A DNA stretch of 63,188 bases, the filler included, from Octopus bimaculoides (taxonomy: Eukaryota): NCBI RefSeq assembly GCF_001194135.2. It is 3 parts of 3 records of this genome, joined end to end, with 100 filler letters (N's around TTAATTAATTAA, not from the genome) between each part and the next. Parts side by side here need not be neighbours in the genome. Positions count along the whole stretch, not along the records: positions 17,977 to 39,731 come from NC_068984.1; 2 more parts are not named here. One strand, given 5' to 3'. A program made the position numbers and the translations under genes. Below are positions 24,660 to 37,124 of the stretch, piece after piece. Numbering within the stretch: the first letter of the stretch is position 1; every line of letters begins with the position of its first letter. The notes beneath the pieces are model-generated. The model had not been told where the DNA came from, ran no database searches, and saw only the letters and a program-made list of their open reading frames with translations.

Positions 24660-26040
24660 CGTCTCGTCATTGTTAACGACTCCTCCCTGTTCACGTCTCT
24701 CTTCTCTGTTCATGTCTCTTCTCTGTTCATATCTCCTCACTGTTCATATTTTCTCACTGTTCAAGTAGCCACACTCTTCATGTGTCTTTACTGCTCATGT
24801 TCATGTTTCCCTTGTTCATGTTTCCCTCTGTTACTGTCTCCTCTATGTTTATGTCGCCTAACTGTTCCTGTCTCTTCCTTGTACATGTCTCCTCCCTGTT
24901 CATCTATCTTCCCTTTTCATGTCCCCTTCCTGTTCAAGTCTCTTTCCTGTTCATGTCCCCTCATCGCTCATGTCTCCTCCCTGTTCATGATACCTCCCTG
25001 TTCAGTCGCTTCCTTATTCATTTATCCTATCTATTCACGTCACCTCATTGTTCATGACCCCACGTTGTTCACGGTGCCTCACTGTTCAGGAAACCCCTGT
25101 TCATTTCTCCCTATTAACGTCCCCTCTGTATCCATATTTCCCTCTGTTCATGTCTCCTTCCTGCTCATGACATCTCCCTGTTCATGTCTCCTCTCTGTTC
25201 ATGTCTCTGCCTCTCAGCCCATGTCTCTCCTCTGTTCACATATCCTCCCTATTCACGCCACCTTCATATTTACGTCTCTTCCCTGTTCATGATTTCCCAT
25301 TGTTCTTATCTCCTCCCTATTCATGTCTCCTCTATATTCATGTCTCCTCCCTATTCAAGTCTCCTCCTTCTTCATGTCTCTGCATTGTTCATGTCTCCTC
25401 CCATGTTCGCGTCTCTGTTCGTGTCTTTTCCCTCTCCATGTGCTTCCCTGTTTATCTTTCTTCTCTGTTTATTTCTCCTCTTTGTTCATTTTCCTGTTCA
25501 TGTTCTTTCCTTGTTCTCCTTCCTATCCATTTCTCCTCCTTGTTTATGTCTTCTCACTGTTAATGTCTCCTCCCTGTTTATCCAACCTGTCTGTTCATGT
25601 CTCCTCGGTGTTCATGTCTCTTCCCTGTTTATTTCTCGTCTCTGTTCATGTCTCTTCCCTGTTTATTTCTCGTGTCTCTTCATGTTTCTCCCTGTCCATG
25701 TGCCTCCCTGTTCATGTCTCTTCAGTGTTTATTTTTCCTCCTTGTTCATTTCTCCTCTTTGTTCATGACTATTGCTTGTTCATGTCACCTCAATGTGAAG
25801 CCACCCTGTTCATTCTCCTCTCTGTACATGCCCCTTCCCTGTTCATGTTCTTCCCTTGTTCATCTCCTCCCTATTTATATCCCCTCACTGTTCATGTCTC
25901 TTCACCGTTCATGTCTCCACCCTATTCGTTTCTCACTGTTAATGTCTCCTCACTTTTCCTCCAACCTGTCTATCCATGCCTCCTCTCTGTTTCTCACTCA
26001 TCCTTATTTATATCTTTTCACTCGCCATATGAGAACTTCG
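24660..26040. repeat. Degenerate pyrimidine-rich minisatellite, ~17-bp period (approximately CTGTTCATGTCTCCTCC)
   Basis: For example ctattcatgtctcctct/atattcatgtctcctcc/ctattcaagtctcctcc at ~25317-25370; TTCATGTC recurs throughout ~1.4 kb. Confidence 0.85.
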
Positions 26041-26231
26041 AACAGATTCAGCAGAAAACTAACGACATAAATTGTCCCCATCCAATCACAAGTCACAGCC
26101 TGTGAAGGCCTTACTCACGTCACAGCCATCTACATGAAGAAACATTATCTTCTAGGCTCAGTCAGGTTTCACTTTGTGGCTAAACGAAAGCAACAACAAC
26201 TACACAATCATCTTTGATATTGTATACGAGT

Positions 26232-26289
<58 letters not shown>

Positions 26290-26295
<6 letters not shown>

Positions 26296-27215
26296 AGCTT
26301 ACTTGGAAGAGGATGCGTGGCGTTCAATAATATAATAATATAAATAATATATATANNNNNNNNNNNNNNNNNNNNNNNNNNNNNNNNNNNNNNNNNNNNN
26401 NNNNNNNNNNNNNNNNNNNNNNNNNNNNNNNNNNNNNNNNNNNNNNNNNNNNNNNNNNNNNNNNNNNNNNNNNNNNNNNNNNNNNNNNNNNNNNNNNNNN
26501 NNNNNNNNNNNNNNNNNNNNNNNNNNNNNNNNNNNNNNNTATATATATATATATATATATATATGCATATGTGGGCACAGGACGACATGAAACGTGTACA
26601 ACAATAAAAAAAAATACTAACCACGTGTACGTGGAACATGAACTATTCTTTCGAACAACGAAAGACACAAATGGAAAACAAAACAAACAACATAAAGAAC
26701 GACCCTTCATCAGTTGTTGTCTGATTTTCTAGTCTCGCATTTCTAGCATTTAACAATATACGCTTTCGATAAAACAGTTGCTCCCGCAAAGCAAATTAAA
26801 TAAAATTTGGGATTTTGCGGAGGATCAAAATTGGTAACACAAAGAGGACAGTGAAAACAAACGGGAAGGGCTGCTAAACCTAAACGAGGTTGTGGTGGCG
26901 AACGCGTAAATCAAGCTGGGACAGGAGACAAACAAGAACACATCTTCCTTATTCCAGTTACAACGGAGAGAAAGAAAGAAAAATGGCCGATGGCCGCGCG
27001 GGAGCCACGCGAGCAAGGGAGGAGGAGTGAGAGAGAGAGTGACAGAGCAATAGGATAGAATAGTGGGAGAAGAGGAGATAAAAGAATAAGAGAGAGAGAA
27101 AAAGAGAAAAACGAAAAGGTAAAGAGATTGTATAGAGTGCGCATCAGACTTATTAAGATGAAACTTACTTGGAAGAGGATGCGTGGCGTTCAATCATATA
27201 ATAATATAAATAATA
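26290..27215 (-). mobile_element. Unclassified non-autonomous element bounded by (TA)n, with a ~55-bp partial tandem duplication of its end
   Basis: cttacttggaagaggatgcgtggcgttcaat.atataataatataaataat at ~26298 and ~27163; a related fragment at 8040-8140. Confidence 0.55.
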
Positions 27216-28034
27216 TATATATATATATATATATATATGCAAATATACATACGTATATGTACATACATCTATATGTATATATNNNNNNNNNNNNNNNNNN
27301 NNNNNNNNNNNNNNNNNNNNNNNNNNNNNNNNNNNNNNNNNNNNNNNNNNNNNNNNNNNNNNNNNNNNNNNNNNNNNNNNNNNNNNNNNNNNNNNNNNNN
27401 NNNNNNNNNNNNNNNNNNNNNNNNNNNNNNNNNNNNNNNNNNNNNNNNNNNNNNNNNNNNNNNNNNNNNNNNNNNNNNNNNNNNNNNNNNNNNNNNNNNN
27501 NNNNNNNNNNNNNNNNNNNNNNNNNNNNNNNNNNNNNNNNNNNNNNNNNNNNNNNNNNNNNNNNNNNNNNNNNNNNNNNNNNNNNNNNNNNNNNNNNNNN
27601 NNNNNNNNNNNNNNNNNNNNNNNNNNNNNNNNNNNNNNNNNNNNNNNNNNNNNNNNNNNNNNNNNNNNNNNNNNNNNNNNNNNNNNNNNNNNNNNNNNNN
27701 NNNNNNNNNNNNNNNNNNNNNNNNNNNNNNNNNNNNNNNNNNNNNNNNNNNNNNNNNNNNNNNNNNNNNNNNNNNNNNNNNNNNNNNNNNNNNNNNNNNN
27801 NNNNNNNNNNNNNNNNNNNNNNNNNNNNNNNNNNNNNNNNNNNNNNNNNNNNNNNNNNNNNNNNNNNNNNNNNNNNNNNNNNNNNNNNNNNNNNNNNNNN
27901 NNNNNNNNNNNNNNNNNNNNNNNNNNNNNNNNNNNNNNNNNNNNNNNNNNNNNNNNNNNNNNNNNNNNNNNNNNNNNNNNNNNNNNNNNNNNNNNNNNNN
28001 NNNNNNNNNNNNNNNNNNNNNNNNNNNNNNNNNN

Positions 28035-28076
<42 letters not shown>

Positions 28077-28167
28077 GTATAAATGTATGTACATATACGT
28101 ATGTGTATATGCATACATATATTATTTATATTATACATGTATGTATATATACGTACATACATAGCGT

Positions 28168-28242
<75 letters not shown>

Positions 28243-29494
28243 ATATCGATTTCTCTCATTCTGTCTCTACTCCGTATCGCCCAGAAAACAATAGCCACAA
28301 TACCCCAATTGTCAACTTTGGGTGTGTGTGCCTATCTGTGTGTGTGCGTGTGCGTGTATACGTGTGTTTGACCGTGCGTATTAAATAACAGCGTGTAGTT
28401 ATAATCGCACAGCATTACATGGTTAATTGAAAAACTGAAATTTTTAATTAAATAAAGACCATCATTGTTTGAAATCATTTTTTTAAAAAATAACACGTGG
28501 GTTATACAAAAGGTTAAGGGTCATTTTCATAGCATTATTCGATTGCCTCGATAACTGACGAGCAGATAAACCGCATTTTTATGCATTATCGCAGCATTAA
28601 CGCCATAACTTGAAAAGTATCCAGTCGCTTTCCTCCATATTTGCAACAAACATTAATGAGGTTCCTCGAATTGCTGTTGACTAAACAAGATTTCCGACAC
28701 CGACTATGGGCTCCCCAAAAATGCAATGGGTTTTATCTTTGTTTTAGGCCATTTTCCGACGATAAAATATCGACACTGCTTATGCATTATAAGTAGCATA
28801 TAATATTTCGTGAAAACCATTTTGTCCAATTTGGCAGAGGAAATGAGAAGAACATTAAAATTTTTGTCGGCGCCCTGTTGATGCTTCATAATACCGTCCC
28901 GCGCACTGCCGGGCCATGTGTGTGTGTGTGTGCGGCTGCGTAAATGCACTACAAAACCATTCATCCATTCTCCAGAAGTGACCTGTTGATGTTTCACGTT
29001 TCCAATCCTGCGCAACGCAGCATGGCCCGGCAGCATGTCTGCTTTCTATGTTATCCATGTCTGAACTATAAAATACAAACTGCTGTTGTGACTCACAACC
29101 ATTGAGTATGACGTGACCCCTTCCAGAAGCTACGCTCCCCACCTACAATTTGTTTCACCCACCTCCACTCCCGCATTCTTTGGATGCATTCTTCTTAAAA
29201 CTCACTTTTATTTATGTTTGTCATGTTAAATATGTGTTAAAAGTGTATAAATTTTGTATTTTATTTATAATTTTATTTTCATTCCTGTTGGAACCTTCTT
29301 ATTTGTCCATGACACTTTCTTTCAATTTGGAAGCGATCATTTTCTTTACATACATCCCCAAGATGGAGCAAACGTTTAGCTGAGCTTAAAGAACACAATC
29401 AGTTAGTAGTGCAGGAGCTAACTCCTGAAATGCTTCAAACTGTGTTTCACAACGCTAGGGAGAGATCCGAAGTATGCAGGGTTACAGAGATACT

Positions 29495-29660
29495 CTTTCA
29501 CTTGTTTCAGTCATTTGACTGCGGCCATGCTGGAGCACCGCCTTTTACTCGAGCAAATCGACCCTAGGACTTATTCTTTGTAAGCCTAGTATTTATACTA
29601 TCGGTTTTCTTTTGCCGAACCGCTAAGTTACGGGGACGTAAACACACCAGCATCGGTTGT
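29495..29660 (-). mobile_element. SINE family C tail
   Basis: cacttgtttcagtcatttgactgcggccatgctggagcaccgcc...cagcatcggttgtc. Confidence 0.85.
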
Positions 29661-29667
29661 CCTTTAT

Positions 29668-29780
29668 AGGCGGAAGTTGTGTGGTTGAGAAGCTTGCTTT
29701 CCAATCATGTTGCCTTGGGTTCAGTCTCACTATGGGCAATTCTCTTTCAATGTAGTTCCGTGTCGACCAAAGCCTTGTGT
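29668..29780 (+). mobile_element. SINE family C head (diverged)
   Basis: ttgtgtggttgagaagcttgctttccaatcatg...gtcgaccaaagccttgtg. Confidence 0.65.
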
Positions 29781-29931
29781 ATTATATAATTGTCATTACT
29801 GTACTGATATACAAAATAACACATACAGGACGAGTAAACCTATTTATATAATAACACTTTGAATGTGGCTCCCGAGAAAGAGTAAAACTAATTACCCGAT
29901 CAACGATGGTTATTACTGCTAGTAGATATAC

Positions 29932-29967
<36 letters not shown>

Positions 29968-30814
29968 NNNNNNNNNNNNNNNNNNNNNNNNNNNNNNNNN
30001 NNNNNNNNNNNNNNNNNNNNNNNNNNNNNNNNNNNNNNNNNNNNNNNNNNNNNNNNNNNNNNNNNNNNNNNNNNNNNNNNNNNNNNNNNNNNNNNNNNNN
30101 NNNNNNNNNNNNNNNNNNNNNNNNNNNNNNNNNNNNNNNNNNNNNNNNNNNNNNNNNNNNNNNNNNNNNNNNNNNNNNNNNNNNNNNNNNNNNNNNNNNN
30201 NNNNNNNNNNNNNNNNNNNNNNNNNNNNNNNNNNNNNNNNNNNNNNNNNNNNNNNNNNNNNNNNNNNNNNNNNNNNNNNNNNNNNNNNNNNNNNNNNNNN
30301 NNNNNNNNNNNNNNNNNNNNNNNNNNNNNNNNNNNNNNNNNNNNNNNNNNNNNNNNNNNNNNNNNNNNNNNNNNNNNNNNNNNNNNNNNNNNNNNNNNNN
30401 NNNNNNNNNNNNNNNNNNNNNNNNNNNNNNNNNNNNNNNNNNNNNNNNNNNNNNNNNNNNNNNNNNNNNNNNNNNNNNNNNNNNNNNNNNNNNNNNNNNN
30501 NNNNNNNNNNNNNNNNNNNNNNNNNNNNNNNNNNNNNNNNNNNNNNNNNNNNNNNNNNNNNNNNNNNNNNNNNNNNNNNNNNNNNNNNNNNNNNNNNNNN
30601 NNNNNNNNNNNNNNNNNNNNNNNNNNNNNNNNNNNNNNNNNNNNNNNNNNNNNNNNNNNNNNNNNNNNNNNNNNNNNNNNNNNNNNNNNNNNNNNNNNNN
30701 NNNNNNNNNNNNNNNNNNNNNNNNNNNNNNNNNNNNNNNNNNNNNNNNNNNNNNNNNNNNNNNNNNNNNNNNNNNNNNNNNNNNNNNNNNNNNNNNNNNN
30801 NNNNNNNNNNNNNN

Positions 30815-30848
<34 letters not shown>

Positions 30849-30894
30849 TGTATATATATATATACATATATATATATGTATGTATATACATATG

Positions 30895-30975
<81 letters not shown>

Positions 30976-32722
30976 TTGTGTGTGTGCGTGCGTGCGTGTG
31001 ATTGCGGAGGTTGACTCGGAGTGAGGTGTCGTGATTGCGTAACGAAATAATCTAATTTCCCGCCCTAACCAGTTGCAAACTTCTGCTAAGGAGTGTTTCA
31101 TTCTTAGAAGGTTAAATTTTAAAATGCACACGCACACGCACACACATTCACATTGACATTCACATTCACATACACATGCACAAAGAAACGCACCTACATA
31201 TTGCCACGTCTCCGCTGTCACCACCCGCCCACTATTACGGTTGTAAAATGAACCAGCTGTCATCAGCGTTCAGTCTTTCTTCCTTTCTTTCGTCTTCCAA
31301 ATCTCTTTCACAACCCACTCCACTATTTCTCTTTCCGTCTCTACAGAAATCAACGTTCGAAAATTAACCCCTACACCCCGCCAAAGACTTTTGTGGCACA
31401 CCCGGCAGTGTGTGGGCAGTAGTTTAATTATCTATCTACTGGAGCGGTGAGGGTACACGCGTCTTTCTCTCTATCTCTCCCTGATACGCACTCCCGCCTC
31501 ACTCTCCCTCACTTTTTTTAGTGTGTGTGTGTGTGTGNNNNNNNNNNNNNNNNNNNNNNNNNNNNNNNNNNNNNNNNNNNNNNNNNNNNNNNNNNNNNNN
31601 NNNNNNNNNNNNNNNNNNNNNNNNNNNNNNNNNNNNNNNNNNNNNNNNNNNNNNNNNNNNNNNNNNNNNNNNNNNNNNNNNNNNNNNNNNNNNNNNNNNN
31701 NNNNNNNNNNNNNNNNNNNNNNNNNNNNNNNNNNNNNNNNNNNNNNNNNNNNNNNNNNNNNNNNNNNNNNNNNNNNNNNNNNNNNNNNNNNNNNNNNNNN
31801 NNNNNNNNNNNNNNNNNNNNNNNNNNNNNNNNNNNNNNNNNNNNNNNNNNNNNNNNNNNNNNNNNNNNNNNNNNNNNNNNNNNNNNNNNNNNNNNNNNNN
31901 NNNNNNNNNNNNCCATGTGGTCTACAGAAGGTAATATGAATGAACCAGTCAAGAAAAAATGCATATCAGTTAATGCAGCAACGGTTTCAAGTAATGCCTG
32001 GTGGTTGTTTAGCTGGCTGGCTGGCTGGTTGGTTGGTTGGCTGGTTGGTTGGCTGGTTGGCTGGTTGGCTGGTTGGCTGGCTGGTTGGTTGTTTATCATC
32101 CAATAAAACAAACAAAAAATAAATCAGATGAACATTATGATTAACAATTGGAAATAAATAGGAAATAATCAAATCAGCTTGGTGACACTCATCGTTCGTT
32201 CTTTTATTGACTCGTATCTTTACGTATTGCAATTTCAGTTTTACTACATACTGGTACATTAAAAAGATTTACAATGTTTTCATTTTCTTTCGCTAAATTT
32301 TTCCTTCAAAGGTTTCGTAATGTTTTAACTTTCTGCATATGTATATACACTTCCATTTTTTACTTCTTCCGTTTAAGCCCATTTTTCCATTATTGCCCTT
32401 TCTAAAACGAGTCCTTATTTTCTTTTCCAAGTAAAACATATATTTTACTGCTTTCATCGATCATGTGGTTGAAAAGTAAGCTTCTTACCACACAGCCACT
32501 TCTGCGCCTCCTATATATATATATATTTATGGTATATTCTGTTAAGAACGAAGCAAAGTACAGAATAAAGCTCGTTCACCTTCAGATTTCACCCTGTGCT
32601 ATCCAGTAGTAGTATTATGCGTACTTTCAGATTTGCGTCTGGGAATCTGTCGTGTGAGAGTAGATAATTGAAAAGATTTGGAGTCAACAAGAAGGAGTAG
32701 GGTCGGACATTTATCATTTAAT

Positions 32723-32760
32723 CACTACAATTGTTTCCACGCAACGTAGTTCTCCAGGTG
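32723..32760 (-). ncRNA. Minimal hammerhead-like motif in the left arm of the foldback
   Basis: Minus strand CAC-CTGGAGA-AC-TACG-TTG-CGTG-GAAAC-AATT-GTA-GTG; stem I CAC/GTG; stem III palindrome ACAATTGT. Confidence 0.55.
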
Positions 32761-33169
32761 TGCAGGTACTTGATCAGGCAATCGTTTCCCTGCAATTTGA
32801 GATCTAGTTGTGTTTCCTCAGGCGATATCTAAATATTGTTTCTGTAAGTTCAAACTCTCTGCCTGTTGTGGCCTGAATTTAGCATTACTCACCGCATTTA
32901 TCAAGATATGCTGTCATTGAAGGACCGTTGGCAAACTGCTTTGAATGTGTAGATATAGATGTAGAGATTCGAAGCAGATTGCCAACGGTCCTTCAGCAAC
33001 AACACATCTTAACAAACTCAGTGACTACTACCTAAATTCAGGCCACAACAGAGAGGATGTTCCTGAATCCGAGAATTTGAATTTAGGGAAACAATATCTA
33101 CGTATCGCCTGTGAAAATACAACTAGATGTCATAATGCAAGGAAACGGTTGCATAATCAAGTACCTACA

Positions 33170-33207
33170 CGCCTGGAGAACTACGTTGCGTGGAAACAAT
33201 TGTAGTG
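33170..33207 (+). ncRNA. Minimal hammerhead-like motif in the right arm of the foldback
   Basis: CGC-CTGGAGA-AC-TACG-TTG-CGTG-GAAAC-AATT-GTA-GTG, followed by AATAAA at 33215-33220. Confidence 0.55.
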
Positions 33208-34784
33208 GTTAAAAAATAAATGTCTAACTGTATTCCTTCTTGTTGACTCCAAATTTTTTGCACTTTAAATATATATATATGTATATACGTATGTATGTAT
33301 GTATGTATGTATGTATGTATGTATGTATGTATGTGTGTACGTATGTATTTATGTATGCATGTTTGTCTGTGTGAGTGTGTATGTATGTATTGTATTTATG
33401 TATGTAAGTATGTATGTATATTCATATCCTAGAAAAAGAGAATGACAAGAATCTTTTGGAAGGAAATTTTCGTATTGTATGCAAGTGCTTTCGTGGTTCA
33501 ACTTTTCAAACACACGTGTTAAGATTTAAATAGTTAATAATGTTTAAGAAAATCTTTCTTCAAATATTGTGAATGCACCAAATATTTTTGTAAAATCTTT
33601 TAAATATATGTTCATATATATATTTACATGTATATATACAAATACGTATACTTATATATTCATAAACGTGTGTGTGTGTGCGTGTATGTGTGTGTATGTG
33701 TGTGTTAAGTCTGTATTTATATATACGTTTGTATATAAATACATACATGATGACTGTCCACTCGTGACCGAGGAAGACCATGATTGACCATTGCTCCTGC
33801 AAAATGTCGATAATGCCTGTGGATGAGATGAACTTCGCCCGGACTCGCGCCTGCCGCTTCCATGCACACCGCAGTGACCTCCTACTCGACCCGGAATCGG
33901 AAAAATCACCTCGCCGGCGATTACGCAACCTAAAATTTTAGGTCCAGTAAGGCTTGCACAACACTTCACACACCCTCTCCATCCTAATGACATGACTCAG
34001 AGACAGTCTAGTGCCAATATAGGTCAAGGACTCATAAATGTGGGTGAGTCATAATCTCATGCGTAATTAAAAGATTCCTAAATGTTCAATGCCATTCCCG
34101 ACATATCTGGTTTCTATCAGTGACCTTCTCCTTGAGACATGATTTAGCAAAAGCTGAGAGGTGCCTCACCCCCAGTGGTCTTCCAGCATGCTGGACATAA
34201 GCTCGAAATTTCTAAGGGTTTAATCGTTGTTGAAACTACACTAGGTTCATTAGACCTTTTGACGGGTCTTGTCTTTTAAGCCTGATGGGTTTCTAGCAAC
34301 CAACCTTACCAGGCAAGCCCTATGGAGGTCCCCAATGACCCAGCCATGCAATAGGTTGTAATGGATTCCTTATTCCCTGTAGCATTCACCAGTGACCTCA
34401 CAGGAAATCTGAAATACATACATACATACATACATACATACATACATACATACATACATACATACATACATACATACATAGACACATGATTTGCTATTGG
34501 TTTCGTTTGAAGGACGGTGCTGTAGCCACGGCTTCAGAAATCCTCTTTGGCGACAGAAATTGTTGACGAATATCTCAGTTGAACAGTTAGAAGATAATAG
34601 CCGGCCGGAAAATTTCAGACAGGGATTCTAGAGGGATCGTGTTGTGGAGAGAGTGTTCTGAATTGTGGTTACTATGGTGACTAAGTTTGGACACATTATG
34701 TGTGCTGGGAGACAGATAAGCGAATGGCTCAAGAAAATATGAGTTGAGTTGGAACTTTACCATTTGACTGCGGCTATGCTAGAT

Positions 34785-34835
<51 letters not shown>

Positions 34836-34880
34836 NNNNNNNNNNNNNNNNNNNNNNNNNNNNNNNNNNNNNNNNNNNNN

Positions 34881-34927
<47 letters not shown>

Positions 34928-34933
34928 TTGTGC

Positions 34934-34965
<32 letters not shown>

Positions 34966-36138
34966 TCGTATATATTTACACATGCACACATTTTCCGTCT
35001 ATCAAATTCACTCCGGGATTTTTGTAGATGAGTTACACATTATGCTACTTAGCAACATAATTGCCGGTTATGCTGTTCAGAACCGAACTCCTTGACCACA
35101 CTTGTGATGTTTGCACATGCATATGTGTTTGTATGTATGTATGTATGTATGTATGTATGTATGTATGTATGTATGTATGTATGTATGAATGTAAGTATGT
35201 ATATATATATATATATATATATATANNNNNNNNNNNNNNNNNNNNNNNNNNNNNNNNNNNNNNNNNNNNNNNNNNNNNNNNNNNNNNNNNNNNNNNNNNN
35301 NNNNNNNNNNNNNNNNNNNNNNNNNNNNNNNNNNNNNNNNNNNNNNNNNNNNNNNNNNNNNNNNNNNNNNNNNNNNNNNNNNNNNNNNNNNNNNNNNNNN
35401 NNNNNNNNNNNNNNNNNNNNNNNNNNNNNNNNNNNNNNNNNNNNNNNNNNNNNNNNNNNNNNNNNNNNNNNNNNNNNNNNNNNNNNNNNNNNNNNNNNNN
35501 NNNNNNNNNNNNNNNNNNNNNNNNNNNNNNNNNNNNNNNNNNNNNNNNNNNNNNNNNNNNNNNNNNNNNNNNNNNNNNNNNNNNNNNNNNNNNNNNNNNN
35601 NNNNNNNNNNNNNNNNNNNNNNNNNNNNNNNNNNNNNNNNNNNNNNNNNNNNNNNNNNNNNNNNNNNNNNNNNNNNNNNNNNNNNNNNNNNNNNNNNNNN
35701 NNNNNNNNNNNNNNNNNNNNNNNNNNNNNNNNNNNNNNNNNNNNNNNNNNNNNNNNNNNNNNNNNNNNNNNNNNNNNNNNNNNNNNNNNNNNNNNNNNNN
35801 NNNNNNNNNNNNNNNNNNNNNNNNNNNNNNNNNNNNNNNNNNNNNNNNNNNNNNNNNNNNNNNNNNNNNNTATATATATAAAGGTAAGATCCAAGGATCA
35901 AGGTGTAGGAATTTTTCCTGTATTGAAGTACGATATGCTGCAAAAAATTAATTTTATATTTTACAGTAGAAACAAGGGTTGTTATATATGCGAATAAATA
36001 TCCAAAAGTTAGTGAGTGGAGTAGAAACATACGTAGCCTGAATTTTATCTACTCCATTCTCTAATTTTTGTATATGTATATATGTGTATATGTATATGTG
36101 TGTATATGTATATATGTGTATATGTATATATGTGTATA

Positions 36139-36177
<39 letters not shown>

Positions 36178-36684
36178 TACATATATATGTCTATATGTTA
36201 TGTATGTGTGTATATATGTGTATATATATATACATATAAATTTACTTCATAAGAATCTACAAACTTCGAGAGTGGAATCATTTGTTTTTAACGCTTGAAG
36301 TCGATATCCAAAATACAGTGGAGAAGGCTAGCCACTGGATTTAGTTAAAAAGAGACGATGAGCGATGGCTAGAGAAATATTGAGCTTTGTTTTAATAATC
36401 AGTTGATCTAGCAAGCGGGGCCTCATATCAGTGACGGGGGCCGGTGCGCATTGATGCCGTCGAGAGGTAGGCCCCGAAACGGCGCGCATTCTCTCCTGAT
36501 GACCCCATACACTTGCTGGCTTCCGGTATGCGGAGTTATTGACCGGTAGCACTTGCATGTGCGAGTTGTTTGCAAGACATATAAATAATGTTAAGTTAAT
36601 ACGGGATAAAACTTTGAGTAGAAAAAGTCTAAGTGAGAAAGGATCCGGTAATCCAGATAGTTACCTTCGGTCAAAACAGACTCT

Positions 36685-37085
36685 CGAAATGTGGTGGCCG
36701 CTTGATTTTGGAATTCTTATCTTACGACTCACTTTGCCCCACAGATTTTCTTGAACTCTGATTATACGTCTCTAGTACCTCCTTTTTCTTGCTTAGTAGG
36801 ACTCGTCGATGTCCGTGGTCATTCAAAAACCTTTCCTGTGGACATTCCGAACTGTTCCATCTTCTTCAGATTTATCACTATTTCGAGTGATGGTGAGTCG
36901 TGTAGGCGGATCTATTTGAAACCCCCATTTTCAATCTTCCAGTAACACTTTAGTATAAATTTCTTTTGTTCAAAGCTTAGTATGGCTCCCTTCATTATTT
37001 CTAACTCATTAAATTTTAAAAGAAATTAAGATCTAATGAGTTATCAACTGTAAAAGAGTGTATACATTTTTGGGACTCCCTTCTA
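36685..37085 (-). mobile_element. Tc1/mariner (rosa/maT-like) 5' fragment with TIR-like end and HTH-region pseudogene
   Basis: Minus strand starts TA-TAGAAGGGAGTCCCAAAAATGTATACAC (cf. CAGGGTGTCCCAAAA TIRs); MKGAILSFEQKKFILKCYWKIEN...FQIDPPTRLTITRNSDKSEEDGTVRNVHRK...PRTSTSPTKQEK...VLETYNQSSRKSV. Confidence 0.75.
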
Positions 37086-37124
37086 TACATTCATAAATAT
37101 ATGTATGTGGGAGAGGGATGCGTG

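Larger units (their letters stand above)
32670..33262. mobile_element. Foldback element: two ~280-bp inverted arms separated by a 20-nt loop (32947-32966)
   Basis: Left arm 32676-32946 versus reverse complement of 32967-33254: identical blocks atttggagtcaacaagaagga, a 36-nt block, tgttgtggcctgaatttag and tgaaggaccgttggcaa; about 75-80% identity by eye plus one ~16-bp indel. Confidence 0.93.

Noticed and set aside
26690-26775. Minus-strand CTGATGA-AGGG with an upstream GAAA (possible type II hammerhead)
   Set aside because: Stems I and II cannot be paired convincingly in any permutation.
29782-31263. 493-aa ORF, and the other X-containing ORFs at 21.5-22.4, 27-28, 31.5-32 and 35-36 kb
   Set aside because: Open only because they span N gaps and TA/CA/TATG repeats.
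31347-31446. Possible 100-bp exon (ctacAG...GCG|GTGAGG) open in one frame
   Set aside because: The donor is weaker and the peptide is unrecognisable; such signals arise by chance in a window this size.
33780-33941. 53-codon + strand ORF MIDHCSCK...RLRNLKF in a GC-rich patch
   Set aside because: Short, no recognisable domain and no splice support.
36310-36390. RTE-like peptide QWRRL...KRDDERWLEK
   Set aside because: Too short and frameshifted to call without a search.
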